From assembly GCA_964291625.2 (NCBI GenBank), contig OZ220089.1:4322554-4386553 (forward strand): a stretch of DNA of 64,000 bases. Direction: 5' to 3'. Below, piece by piece: positions 17,018 through 26,187 of the stretch (the first letter of the stretch is position 1; each line of letters starts with the position of its first letter). The notes under the pieces are model-generated. The model did not search any database and had not been told where the DNA came from. It saw nothing but the letters and a program-made list of their open reading frames with translations. The stretch is from Candidatus Latescibacterota bacterium. Its GTDB lineage: Bacteria > Latescibacterota > UBA2968 > UBA8231. The position numbers and the translations under genes are program-made.

Positions 17018-17076
17018 GGAGTCCCCCCGGCGGGCGGCAAGGCGCTTGATGAGGTTCGCGGGCGCCGTTAGGTTGG

Positions 17077-19899
17077 ATGCTCTCCATGACGACCGCCTCC
17101 GCCCCCACCGATGCCGCCAGCCGCGCCCTCGGCCGCACCGGCGAGCTGGATCTCGAAGACCGCCGCGTCCTCTGCCTCCTCGACGGCCTGGCCCTGGCCT
17201 ACCGCGCCCACTTCGCGCTGATCAACAACCCGGTCACCAACTCCCGGGGGATGAACACCTCGGCGCCCTTCGTCTTCACCAACACCCTGCTGGAGCTTCT
17301 GGAGCGCTTCGAGCCGACCCACCTGGCCGCCGTCTTCGACACCGGCGAGCCGACCCACCGGCACGAGGAGTTCGCCGAGTACAAGGCCCAGCGCGAGAGC
17401 ATGCCCGAGGATCTGGGCACGGCCATGCCCTACGTCTTCCGCATCCTCGAGGGGTTCAACATCCCCGTGGTGCGCGTCGACGGCTGGGAGGCCGACGACG
17501 TCATCGGCACCCTGGCGCGCCGCGCCGAGTCGGCGGGCATGACGACCTACATGGTCACGCCCGACAAGGACTTCGCCCAGCTCGTGTCGGAGCGGACCCT
17601 GCTCTACCGGCCGGGCCGCTCCGGCCGGCCTCCGGAGCTGCTCAACCAGGACGACGTGCTGGCCAAGTGGAAGATCGAGCGCATCGAGCAGATCCCCGAC
17701 CTCTTCGGGCTCATGGGAGACGCCATCGACAACGTCCCCGGCGTGCCCGGCATCGGCGAGAAGACGGCCCAGAAGCTGCTCGCCGACTTCGGCACCGTGG
17801 AGCAGCTCCTCGACCGCGTCGAGGAGATCAAGGGCAAGCGCCGCCAGGTCCTTCAGGAGCACGCCGACCAGGCGCGGCTCTCCAAGCGGCTGGTGACGAT
17901 CGAGACCGACGTTCCCGTGGAGCTAGAGATCGAAACCCTCAAGCGGGGGCCCGCCGACGACAAGGCTCTCACCGGGCTGTTCTCGGAGCTGGAGTTCAAC
18001 GCCCTCGGCAAGCGCCTCTTCGGCGACGACTTCGAGGCCGGGGTGCAGCGCCTCCACGCCGGCGTCGAGGATCCCCACGAGGTCCGCTCCATCGCCGACG
18101 TGGAGCACGACTACCGCACCGTCGAGGACGCCGCCGGCCGCGCCGCGCTGATCTCCGAGCTGAAGCAGGCCGGCGCCTTCGCCCTCGACCTGGAGACGAC
18201 GAGCCTCAACCCGCGCACCTGCGAGTTGCTGGGCCTGGCGGTGAGCCACACGCCTCACGCCGGCGCCTACGTCCCCTTCCCGGAAGACGAGGAGGAGGGC
18301 CGCGCCGTGCTCGAGGAGCTGCGCCCGCTGCTCGAGGACCCGGCGGTGGCCAAGATCGGCCACAACCTCAAGTTCGATCTCGTCGCCCTGCGCTGGCACG
18401 GCATCGAGGTGCAGGGCCGCCTCTTCGACACGATGGTGGCCGCCTTCCTCGCCGTGCCCGACCTGCGCCGCTCCCTCGACTACCTCTCCCAGGCCCTGCT
18501 CGGGTACAGGCCGGTGCCCATCGCCGACCTGATCGGCGAGCGCGGCGAGGACCAGCGCAGCATGCGCGAGGTGCCGCTTCGGGAGCTGACGGAGTACGCG
18601 GTGGAGGACGCCGACGTGGCCCTGCAGCTGAGCCACAAGCTGGAGCCGATGCTCGAGGAGTCGGGGCAGATGCCGCTCTACGAGGAGGTCGAGGCGCCCC
18701 TGATCCCGGTGCTGGCGGCCATGGAGCACGCCGGCATCCGCGTCGACCCCGCCATCCTCAAGACGATCTCCGACGAGTTGGCGGAGCGGATCGAGTCGGC
18801 GGCGCAACGGATCGAGGAGCTGGCGGGCGAGCCCTTCAACCTCAACTCGCCCCAGCAGCTCGGCAACATCCTCTTCGAGAAGCTGCAGCTCGATCCAAAC
18901 GCCCGCCGCACCTCCAAGTCGAAGCAGTACAAGACCGACGAGATGGTCCTCACGCGGCTCTCCCACGAGCACGAGATCGCCGCCCGGATCCTCGACCACC
19001 GGCTGTGCACCAAGCTGAAGTCGACCTACCTCGACATGCTCCCCGGGGCGATCTTCCCCGGCACCGGCCGCGTCCACACCCACTACGAGCAGGCCGTGGC
19101 CGCCACCGGCCGCATGCAGTCGAGCGGCCCCAACCTGCAGAACATCCCGATCCGCACCGAGCAGGGGCGCGAGATCCGCAAGGCCTTCGTGCCCGGAGGG
19201 CCCGAGTACACCCTGCTGGCCGCCGACTACTCCCAGATCGAGCTGCGCATCATCGCCGAGATCTGCGGCGACGAGCGCATGAACCGCGCCTTCCGCGAAC
19301 GCGAGGACATCCACGCGGTGACCGCCTCGCGCATCTGGGGGGTGCCGGAGGAGATGGTCGACGACGAGATGCGGCGCCAGGCGAAGACGGTCAACTTCGG
19401 CATCATCTACGGTATCTCCGCCTTCGGTCTGTCCGAGCGGCTGGGCCTGCCGCGCAAGCTGGGGCAGCAGTTCATCGAGCAGTACTTCGAGGAGTACCCC
19501 GGGGTGCGCCGCTACATGGACGAGACGATCGAGTTCTGCAAGGAGCACGGGTACGTGGAGACGATGCTCGGCCGCCGCCGCTACCTGAAGGACATCCACT
19601 CCCGCAACCGGGCGGTGCGCGCCGCCGCCGAGCGCAACGCCATCAACTCGCCGATCCAGGGCACGGCGGCGGACATGATCAAGCGCGCCATGGTGGCCAT
19701 CCACCGGCAGCAGGTCGAGCGGGGCTGGAAGACGCGCATGCTGCTGCAGGTCCACGACGAGCTGCTCTTCGACCTCCACCGCGAGGAGGAGGAGGAGGTG
19801 CGGGAGGTGGTGTCCCGGGAGATGAAGGAGGCGATCCCCATGAAGGTTCCCATCGACGTGGAGATGGGCACCGGCGAGACCTGGCTGGACGCCCACTGA
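17077..19899 (+). CDS. polA: DNA polymerase I
   Basis: ORF-track 940 aa. It has a 5'-3' exonuclease N-terminus and polymerase motifs A 'AADYSQIELRI', B 'RRQAKTVNFGIIYG' and C 'QVHDEL'. Confidence 0.97.
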   Translation: MLSMTTASAPTDAASRALGRTGELDLEDRRVLCLLDGLALAYRAHFALINNPVTNSRGMNTSAPFVFTNTLLELLERFEPTHLAAVFDTGEPTHRHEEFAEYKAQRESMPEDLGTAMPYVFRILEGFNIPVVRVDGWEADDVIGTLARRAESAGMTTYMVTPDKDFAQLVSERTLLYRPGRSGRPPELLNQDDVLAKWKIERIEQIPDLFGLMGDAIDNVPGVPGIGEKTAQKLLADFGTVEQLLDRVEEIKGKRRQVLQEHADQARLSKRLVTIETDVPVELEIETLKRGPADDKALTGLFSELEFNALGKRLFGDDFEAGVQRLHAGVEDPHEVRSIADVEHDYRTVEDAAGRAALISELKQAGAFALDLETTSLNPRTCELLGLAVSHTPHAGAYVPFPEDEEEGRAVLEELRPLLEDPAVAKIGHNLKFDLVALRWHGIEVQGRLFDTMVAAFLAVPDLRRSLDYLSQALLGYRPVPIADLIGERGEDQRSMREVPLRELTEYAVEDADVALQLSHKLEPMLEESGQMPLYEEVEAPLIPVLAAMEHAGIRVDPAILKTISDELAERIESAAQRIEELAGEPFNLNSPQQLGNILFEKLQLDPNARRTSKSKQYKTDEMVLTRLSHEHEIAARILDHRLCTKLKSTYLDMLPGAIFPGTGRVHTHYEQAVAATGRMQSSGPNLQNIPIRTEQGREIRKAFVPGGPEYTLLAADYSQIELRIIAEICGDERMNRAFREREDIHAVTASRIWGVPEEMVDDEMRRQAKTVNFGIIYGISAFGLSERLGLPRKLGQQFIEQYFEEYPGVRRYMDETIEFCKEHGYVETMLGRRRYLKDIHSRNRAVRAAAERNAINSPIQGTAADMIKRAMVAIHRQQVERGWKTRMLLQVHDELLFDLHREEEEEVREVVSREMKEAIPMKVPIDVEMGTGETWLDAH

Positions 19900-19910
19900 G
19901 AGGAGGAAGA

Positions 19911-21695
19911 GTGAACGAGAACGGCTGGATGCAGGTCGCCACCGTCGGCGAGATCGATCCCGGACAGGCCAAGGCCGTGCGCCTGGGCCAGGAAGGTCGC
20001 AGCGTGGCCCTCTTCAACGAGGGAGGGCGCATCTACGCCACCGACAACCAGTGCCCCCACATGGGCTACCCCCTCACGCGCGGAGTGGTGCGCAACGGCG
20101 TCGTCACCTGCGACTGGCATGGGCGGCGCTTCGACCTCGAGGGCGGCGGCTGCTTCAACAACATGTGCGACGACCTCGCCGTCTTCCCCGTGGAGATCCG
20201 GGCCGGCGGCCAGGTGTGGATTCAGGTGGAGGAGGAGGGCTACCGGCGCAAGGAGGTGCACCTCGAGCTGCTGCGCGAGGGGCTCCTCCACGGCGACCGC
20301 TGGACGATCTCCAAGGCCCTGGCCCTGCTGTCCCGCGGCGGCGTGCCGCGGGAGGAGGTCGTGGCCGTGGTGCTGCGCCACTTCGGCCGCCGCGTGGCCA
20401 GCTCCGGCGGCGACGAGGCGGGCACCGACCTGGGGCGCCTGGTGGGCGGCCTGGCGGTGGCCGACCGCTACGACGGCGCCGATCAGCTGGCCTGCCTGGC
20501 CACGGCGGCCACGGCCGCCTCGGGCGAGGCGGCTTCGCGGCTGCGGGTCGTGCCCCTGCCCGAGCCGGTGACGCAGGAGCGCATCGAGGACTGGGTGCGC
20601 GTGTTCTCGCGCAACGGCCAGGCCAACCGCATCGAGCGCTGCCTCTTCACCACCCGTTCGCGCGGCGACACGGAGCGCATCCTGCCGCTGCTCTTCGAGT
20701 GCGCCGTGCAGCCGGGGTTCCTCGGCTTCGGCGGCAACCTCGTCAGCCTCGCCTGCCTGGCCGACGTGGTGGACCGCTTCGGCTGGGAGGCGTCGTCCGA
20801 GCTGGTCCTCAACCTCGGGTCGCGCACGGTGGGACAGGGACGCGGCGAGCCCGAGCTGTTCCGCCGCGACGCCATCCGCAAGATGCGGGACCTCGCCGGC
20901 GTCATCGACCAGGCGGCGGAGTCTCCCGGGCAGGGGCTCGAGTTCGACGAGGACGCCCTGGCGGCGGACCTGCTCAGCGGCGACCTGGAACGGTCCTTCG
21001 ACTCCCTGGCGCGGACGCTGCAGTCCGGCGTGTCCCCGCAGCGCCTGATCACCACCTTCCTGCTGGTCGCCGCCGACCGCATGGCGCGCACGCCGGTGAA
21101 CGTCGACGCCGGCTGGAGCTGCCTCACTCTCGAGCTGGACCTGGCGCGGTCGCTGCGCACGGCCCTGCGCATCGGCGGCCCCCGGGTCGCCGCCATGGGG
21201 TTGTTCCACGCCGCCTGGCACCTGTTCGCCGACCGCTGGCTCAACATCCCCGCCCGGCCCCTGTCCGAGCCCCCGGAGGCCGTCCCGTCGACGGCCGCCT
21301 CGGCCGGGGAAGGGGTCGAGGAGGTGGCCCGGGCGGTGCAGACCCTGGACGTGCACGCCGCCGGCGAGAGCGCCGCGGGCTACCTGGCGGCCGGACTCGA
21401 CGCCGATCTGCTGCTGCACCGGTTGGGGGTGCTGGTCCTGTGGAACGACACCGGCGCCCGTCTGCTGCCGACGCTCCGGTCGGTGGTCGACGAGTTCGCC
21501 GGCACCCGGGGCTCCGACGCCGCCCTCGGCGCGGGCCACCCGGCGGCGGCGCAGCTGGTGGCGGGCCTGGCGAGGTACGCCACCGACGTGCGCACCAGCA
21601 AGGCCAGCGGCGCGGCGACGACCACCGCCCTGCGCTTCGCCGAGGGCCTCACCACCATCGACGTATTCGCCGACGAGGAGCCGGCCCAGCCATGA
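19911..21695 (+). CDS. Rieske [2Fe-2S]-domain protein fused to a ~480-aa uncharacterised helical domain (paralog 1)
   Basis: This is the real gene inside chimeric ORF 16752..21695. GTG at 19911 lies 11 nt after the polA stop and is preceded by GAGGAGG. Rieske ligand motifs are 'CPHMGYPL' (20052-) and 'CDWHG' (20109-). The rest of the protein has no family I recognise. Confidence 0.8.
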   Translation: MNENGWMQVATVGEIDPGQAKAVRLGQEGRSVALFNEGGRIYATDNQCPHMGYPLTRGVVRNGVVTCDWHGRRFDLEGGGCFNNMCDDLAVFPVEIRAGGQVWIQVEEEGYRRKEVHLELLREGLLHGDRWTISKALALLSRGGVPREEVVAVVLRHFGRRVASSGGDEAGTDLGRLVGGLAVADRYDGADQLACLATAATAASGEAASRLRVVPLPEPVTQERIEDWVRVFSRNGQANRIERCLFTTRSRGDTERILPLLFECAVQPGFLGFGGNLVSLACLADVVDRFGWEASSELVLNLGSRTVGQGRGEPELFRRDAIRKMRDLAGVIDQAAESPGQGLEFDEDALAADLLSGDLERSFDSLARTLQSGVSPQRLITTFLLVAADRMARTPVNVDAGWSCLTLELDLARSLRTALRIGGPRVAAMGLFHAAWHLFADRWLNIPARPLSEPPEAVPSTAASAGEGVEEVARAVQTLDVHAAGESAAGYLAAGLDADLLLHRLGVLVLWNDTGARLLPTLRSVVDEFAGTRGSDAALGAGHPAAAQLVAGLARYATDVRTSKASGAATTTALRFAEGLTTIDVFADEEPAQP

Positions 21696-23440
21696 GCGCG
21701 AATGGAGACTTCGTGAGAGTCGCCTCCATCGACGAGGTCGTCGAGGGGCAGCCGAAAGCGGTCCGCGTCGAGGGCCGGAGCGTCGCCCTCTTCCAGCACC
21801 GGGGCCGCTACTACGCCACCGACAACCAGTGCCCCCACATGGGCTACCCCCTCACCCGCGGCATCGTGCGCGACGGGGTGCTGACCTGCGACTGGCACGG
21901 GTACAGCTACGACCTGGGCGGCGGCGGCTGTTTCACCGGCGGCTGCGACGACCTCGATACCTACCCGGTGGAGGTTCGGGACGGCGAGATCCACATCGAC
22001 GTCAGGAGCGGCGGCTCCCGGCGGGACGACGCCCACTTCCTGCTGCTGGAGGAGGGCCTGAACAACGGCGACAGCTGGACCCTCTCCAAGGCGATCGCCA
22101 TCCTCCTGGCCCGCGGCGTCTCCGAGGGCGAGACCCTCGAGAAGCTGGTGCGCCACATGGGCCGCTACGCGGCCACCCAGCTCGACGCCCGTCAGGCGGG
22201 CAACGAGGTGGCCCTCTTCGTCAACGGTCTCGCCGTGGCCCGGCGCTACGAGCCGGAGGAGCGGCTGATCCCGCTGATGATGGCGGCCACGGCCGCCTCG
22301 GGGCGCGCCGGCGACCGGCCGCCCCTGCGGGAGCTGCCCGGGGTCTCGGCCGGCGGAACGGTTCCCTACGACAGGCTCGCCGGCTGGGTGCGGTACTTCT
22401 CCGAGGACAAGATGTGGGAGGGGATCGAGAAGTGCCTGCTCACGATGCGAAGCCAGGGCGGCCGCGACGACGACATACCTCCCCTGCTCTTCGAGTGCGC
22501 CGTGGCCCCCCACTTCATCGCCGTCCGCGACAACCTGCGCAACCTCGGTTACCTCATGGAGTTGCTCGACGAGTTCGGCTGGGAGATCGGCGAGGAACTG
22601 GTCTGCAACACGGCGGCGAAGATGCTCGGTCGCGGCCGGGGCGTTCCCGGCGATCTGCTGCGCGAGGCCATGGATCTCTTCGAGGGGACGCCGATCCCCG
22701 ACGATCCGGACGAGGCCTCGGGCGAGTTCGACGAGGCGGCCTTCGTCGAGGGGCTGGTGAGCGGCAACGTGCGCGCCACCTTCGAGGCCGTGACCCAGGC
22801 CCTGAGGGAGGGGGCCGGCGTCGAGCAGCTGGCCACCTCGATGGTGATGCTCGCCGCCGACCGCATGGCGCGCACCCCCGTGGGCATGAGCCCGGGGTGG
22901 GGGGACCTGGCCTGGGAGATGTCCCTGGCCTCGGCGGTGCGCACCGTCAACCGCCGGGCCGGGGCCGGAGCCGCGCGCCGGAGCCTCTACCACGCCGCCT
23001 GGGTGTTCTTCGACAACCGCTGGCTGAACATCCCCCAGCGCCGGCTCGCCGAGGCCGAAGCCGCCTCGGGCAACGGCACCGCCCCCGGGGAGGAGGATGC
23101 CGCCCTCGAGCGGATCGTCGAGGCCATCGAGTCGATCCAGGTGCGCCGCATCGGCCGCATGACGCGGGACTACCTCAACGCCGGCCACGACGGCGACCGC
23201 CTGCTGCGCGAGCTGGGCCTGGTCATCCTGGGCGACGACAACGGCTGGGATCTGCTGCACACCCTGCGCACCGTCTTCGACGAGTGGGAGCGCTGCGCCG
23301 GCCACCCGGCGCGCAACCAGCTCCTCGTGGGACTGTCGCGCTGGGCGGCGGACACGCGCCGCCGGATCGGCAGCCAGTCGGCGGCGGCCACGGCCCAGCG
23401 CTTCGCCCGCGGCGAGACGGCGGTGGAGCTGTACGAGTAG
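21692..23440 (+). CDS. Rieske [2Fe-2S]-domain protein fused to a ~480-aa uncharacterised helical domain (paralog 2)
   Basis: ATG at 21692 overlaps the paralog-1 stop (ATGA) and is in frame with ORF 20051..23440. 'ATDNQCPHMGYPLTRG' and 'TCDWHG' are present. It aligns end to end with paralog 1 through shared blocks PLLFECAV, LAADRMARTPV and YHAAW.FFDNRWLNIP. Confidence 0.8.
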   Translation: MSANGDFVRVASIDEVVEGQPKAVRVEGRSVALFQHRGRYYATDNQCPHMGYPLTRGIVRDGVLTCDWHGYSYDLGGGGCFTGGCDDLDTYPVEVRDGEIHIDVRSGGSRRDDAHFLLLEEGLNNGDSWTLSKAIAILLARGVSEGETLEKLVRHMGRYAATQLDARQAGNEVALFVNGLAVARRYEPEERLIPLMMAATAASGRAGDRPPLRELPGVSAGGTVPYDRLAGWVRYFSEDKMWEGIEKCLLTMRSQGGRDDDIPPLLFECAVAPHFIAVRDNLRNLGYLMELLDEFGWEIGEELVCNTAAKMLGRGRGVPGDLLREAMDLFEGTPIPDDPDEASGEFDEAAFVEGLVSGNVRATFEAVTQALREGAGVEQLATSMVMLAADRMARTPVGMSPGWGDLAWEMSLASAVRTVNRRAGAGAARRSLYHAAWVFFDNRWLNIPQRRLAEAEAASGNGTAPGEEDAALERIVEAIESIQVRRIGRMTRDYLNAGHDGDRLLRELGLVILGDDNGWDLLHTLRTVFDEWERCAGHPARNQLLVGLSRWAADTRRRIGSQSAAATAQRFARGETAVELYE

Positions 23441-23478
23441 CCCGGCCACAGAAGCTGCATCATCACGGAAAGGGCACC

Positions 23479-24852
23479 ATGGCAGAGACAGCCTCATCGA
23501 ACAACGGGCCCCGGGACCGACGCCGGGCGTTCCTGTGCGGCGCCATGCTCACCTGGCTCCTGGCCCCGGCCGCGGCCGGGGCCGAGGGCCTCGACTCCGG
23601 GGACACGGCATGGATGCTGACCTCCACGGCCCTCGTGCTGTCCATGACGATCCCCGGGCTGGCCCTGTTCTACGGCGGCCTGGTGCGCACCAAGAACGTG
23701 CTCTCCGTGCTGATGCAGTGCTTCGCCCTGGCGGCGGTGATGACCTTGGTCTGGGTGGTCTGGGGCTACAGCCTGGCCTTCGACACCGCGGGGATGGAAG
23801 CGGGCGTCACCAACGCCGCCTCCTTTGTCGGCGGCCTCGACAAGGCCCTGCTGCGCGGCGTCGGCATCGACGCCCTCACCGGCACGGTGCCCGAGACGGT
23901 CTTCGTCACCTTCCAGCTGACCTTCGCCATCATCACCCCGGCCCTGATCGTCGGCGCCTTCGCCGAGCGCATGAAATTCTCGGCCATGCTGCTGTTCATG
24001 GTCGTCTGGGTCACCGTGGTCTACGCGCCGATCTGTCACATGACCTGGAGCGGTGACGGCGCCTTCTTCTGGGACTTGGGCATCCTCGACTTCGCCGGCG
24101 GCACCGTGGTCCACATCAACTCCGGCGTGGCCGCCCTGGTGGCGGCCCTGGTCATCGGCAAGCGCCGCGGCTATCCGGACACCCTCATCCCGCCCCACAG
24201 CCTGGTGATCACCGTCATCGGCGCCTCCATGCTGTGGGTCGGCTGGTTCGGCTTCAACGCCGGCTCGGCCCTGGCCGCCGACGGCGCCGCGGGCATGGCC
24301 ATGCTCGTCACCCAGGTAGCCACCGCCGCCGCCGCCGCCGCGTGGATGGTGGTGGAGTGGATCAAGCACGGCAAGGCGAGCGTCCTCGGCGTCGTCACCG
24401 GCGCCGTGGGGGGCATGGTGGCCATCACCCCCGCCTCGGGCAGCGTCGGTCCCCTCGGGGCCATCGCCATCGGCGCCGCCGCCGGAGTTCTGTGCTTCCT
24501 GGGCGCCACCACCCTCAAGCAGCGCCTCGGCTACGACGACTCCCTCGACGTCTTCGGCGTCCACGGCATCGGCGGCATGGCCGGCGCCATTCTCACGGGG
24601 GTCTTCGCCGCCGAGTCTCTCGGCGGACAGGGCTTCGGCGCTACCGCCGCCGGAGTGACCCACACCATGGGCGGCCAGGTGTGGGCGCAGATCGTGGGCG
24701 TGCTCGTCACCACCATCTACTGCGCCGTGCTCTCCTTCGTCATCCTCAAGGCCGTCGATGCCGTCATCGGCCTGCGCGTCGACGAGGACGAGGAGGAGCG
24801 CGGTCTGGACATCTCCCTGCACAACGAGCAGGGCTACTATTCGGAGGTTTGA
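23479..24852 (+). CDS. amtB: Ammonium transporter (Amt family)
   Basis: ATG at 23479 in frame with ORF 21829..24852. It has a signal-like N-terminus. 'DSGDTAWMLTSTALVLSMTIPGLALFYGGLVR' and 'FAGGTVVHINSGVAALV' are Amt hallmarks. Confidence 0.95.
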   Translation: MAETASSNNGPRDRRRAFLCGAMLTWLLAPAAAGAEGLDSGDTAWMLTSTALVLSMTIPGLALFYGGLVRTKNVLSVLMQCFALAAVMTLVWVVWGYSLAFDTAGMEAGVTNAASFVGGLDKALLRGVGIDALTGTVPETVFVTFQLTFAIITPALIVGAFAERMKFSAMLLFMVVWVTVVYAPICHMTWSGDGAFFWDLGILDFAGGTVVHINSGVAALVAALVIGKRRGYPDTLIPPHSLVITVIGASMLWVGWFGFNAGSALAADGAAGMAMLVTQVATAAAAAAWMVVEWIKHGKASVLGVVTGAVGGMVAITPASGSVGPLGAIAIGAAAGVLCFLGATTLKQRLGYDDSLDVFGVHGIGGMAGAILTGVFAAESLGGQGFGATAAGVTHTMGGQVWAQIVGVLVTTIYCAVLSFVILKAVDAVIGLRVDEDEEERGLDISLHNEQGYYSEV

Positions 24853-24863
24853 AGGAGGAGGCC

Positions 24864-25202
24864 ATGAAGCTGCTGAAGTGCATCGTTCGTCCCAACGCGC
24901 TCGAGAGGGTCAAGGAGGCTCTGAGCGAGTTGGGCGTGATGGGCATGACGGTGAGCGAGGTGAAGGGATTCGGGAGGCAGAAGGGGCACCGGGAGATCTA
25001 CCGCGGCTCCGAGTACAACATCGACTTCACGCCGAAACTCCAGATCGACGTGGTCGTGGCCGACTCGATCGCCCAACGCTCCATCGACGCGGTGAAGGAA
25101 GCGGCCGGCACGGGACACATCGGCGACGGCAAGATCTTCGTGCTCTCCGTCGACGAGGTGGTCCGCATCCGCACGGGGGAGACGGGCGAATCGGCGATCT
25201 GA
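24864..25202 (+). CDS. glnK: Nitrogen regulatory protein P-II
   Basis: 112 aa: 'MKLLKCIVRPNALERVKEAL...VKGFGRQKGHREIYRGSEY...GDGKIFV'. AGGAGG lies upstream. The gene starts 11 nt after amtB. Confidence 0.95.
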   Translation: MKLLKCIVRPNALERVKEALSELGVMGMTVSEVKGFGRQKGHREIYRGSEYNIDFTPKLQIDVVVADSIAQRSIDAVKEAAGTGHIGDGKIFVLSVDEVVRIRTGETGESAI

Positions 25203-25279
25203 CTGGCCCGCCGCCGGCTCCGGCGGAGGCGGCCACCGAAGCCGGGACGCGGCTCCTGCGTTGTGAGGACGGCAGCCCC

Positions 25280-26059
25280 GTGGCCCGCCTCGGGCTGGCG
25301 GGGAATCCGAACACCGATCCTCGCTGTGTCTCCGCCGCCTTCGAGGCGGGCGTCAACCTGTTCTTCTTCTACAATCTCGGCTTCACCGGTCTCGTCGACG
25401 GCCTGACGCGCCTCGGGGAACGGAGGGACGCCTTCGTGGCCACCGGCTCCGAGAGCCGGGACCCGGCGGAGGTGGAGCGCTACCTGTCCCAGGTGGAGGA
25501 GCGGCTGCCGGCCGACTCCGTCGACCTGTTCTACGCCGAGTACGTGCATCCCGGCGACGACGTGGACGGACTGCTCGCCGACGACGGCGTCGTCGGCCTC
25601 CTGCACAGGTGGAAGGAGGCGGGCCGGATCCGCTACGTTGGCGCCACGGCGCACAACCGGCCCCTGGCGCGGCGGCTCCTGGAGAGCGGCCGCATCGACG
25701 TGCTCATGCACCGCTACAACATGGCCCACCGGGGCGCGGAGGAGGCCGTGCTGCCCGCCGCCCTGGAGCGGCGCATCCCCGTGGTGGCCTTCACCTGCAC
25801 ACGCTGGGGCGGGCTGCCGGCCGGTCATCCCGGCTGGTCGGGGCCGGTCCCCACGGCCGCCGACTGTTACCGCTTCGCCCTCGGACACGACGCCGTGCAG
25901 GTGGCCCTCACGGCGCCGGGGAGCCTCGAGGAGCTGCGGGCCAACCTCGCCGTCTTGCGGGAGCCGGACCCCACCGCGTCCGAGATCGCTGGCTGGCGCG
26001 CCTACGGAGACTTGGTCTACGGGGCGGGCCGGGACGAGTTCGAGACCCGGTGGCCGTGA
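25280..26059 (+). CDS. Aldo/keto reductase-family oxidoreductase (start uncertain)
   Basis: Frame of ORF 24758..26059. 'VDLFYAEYVHPGDD' and 'AGRIRYVGATAHN' are AKR-like. There is no ATG. GTG at 25280 is the first canonical start, but homology-like sequence ('RLLRCEDGSPVARLGLAG') extends upstream to about 25250. Confidence 0.6.
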   Translation: MARLGLAGNPNTDPRCVSAAFEAGVNLFFFYNLGFTGLVDGLTRLGERRDAFVATGSESRDPAEVERYLSQVEERLPADSVDLFYAEYVHPGDDVDGLLADDGVVGLLHRWKEAGRIRYVGATAHNRPLARRLLESGRIDVLMHRYNMAHRGAEEAVLPAALERRIPVVAFTCTRWGGLPAGHPGWSGPVPTAADCYRFALGHDAVQVALTAPGSLEELRANLAVLREPDPTASEIAGWRAYGDLVYGAGRDEFETRWP

Positions 26060-26187
26060 GGCGGTGTATCCGCAAGGGGGGAGGGGCCGTATATTCTCGT
26101 GAGACGACGGGATGGACTCTGGTGACGACAAGTGACAGCCCGGCTGGCCGGCCTGGAGCCGCGCAGCCGGGCCGGTGAACCAGCTCG

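Noticed and set aside
16752-21695. Giant 1647-aa ORF spanning the aldolase antisense strand, polA out of frame, and the first Rieske gene
   Set aside because: This is a stop-free artefact of high GC. Its first ~1050 residues are Arg/Pro/Gly/Ala-rich nonsense overlapping the well-supported polA frame. Only the part from GTG 19911 onward has protein-like sequence and an SD.
23441-23478. Sigma-54-like element CGGCCAC-AGAAG-CTGCAT just upstream of amtB
   Set aside because: The GG and GC dinucleotides are 11 nt apart instead of the strict 10. The -24 box also deviates from TGGCAC. It would leave only ~10 nt of leader before the ATG, which is not convincing.
26095-26187. Possible ZTP (pfl) or other purine-related riboswitch upstream of the PurF-like gene ('GGGAUGGACUCUGGUGACG ... 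CCGGCCUGGAGCC')
   Set aside because: The resemblance to the conserved GACUGGCG and CCGCCUGGGC boxes is only partial, and it needs insertions in positions I recall as invariant. I could not build the pseudoknot pairing by hand. An Rfam RF01750 cmsearch would settle it.
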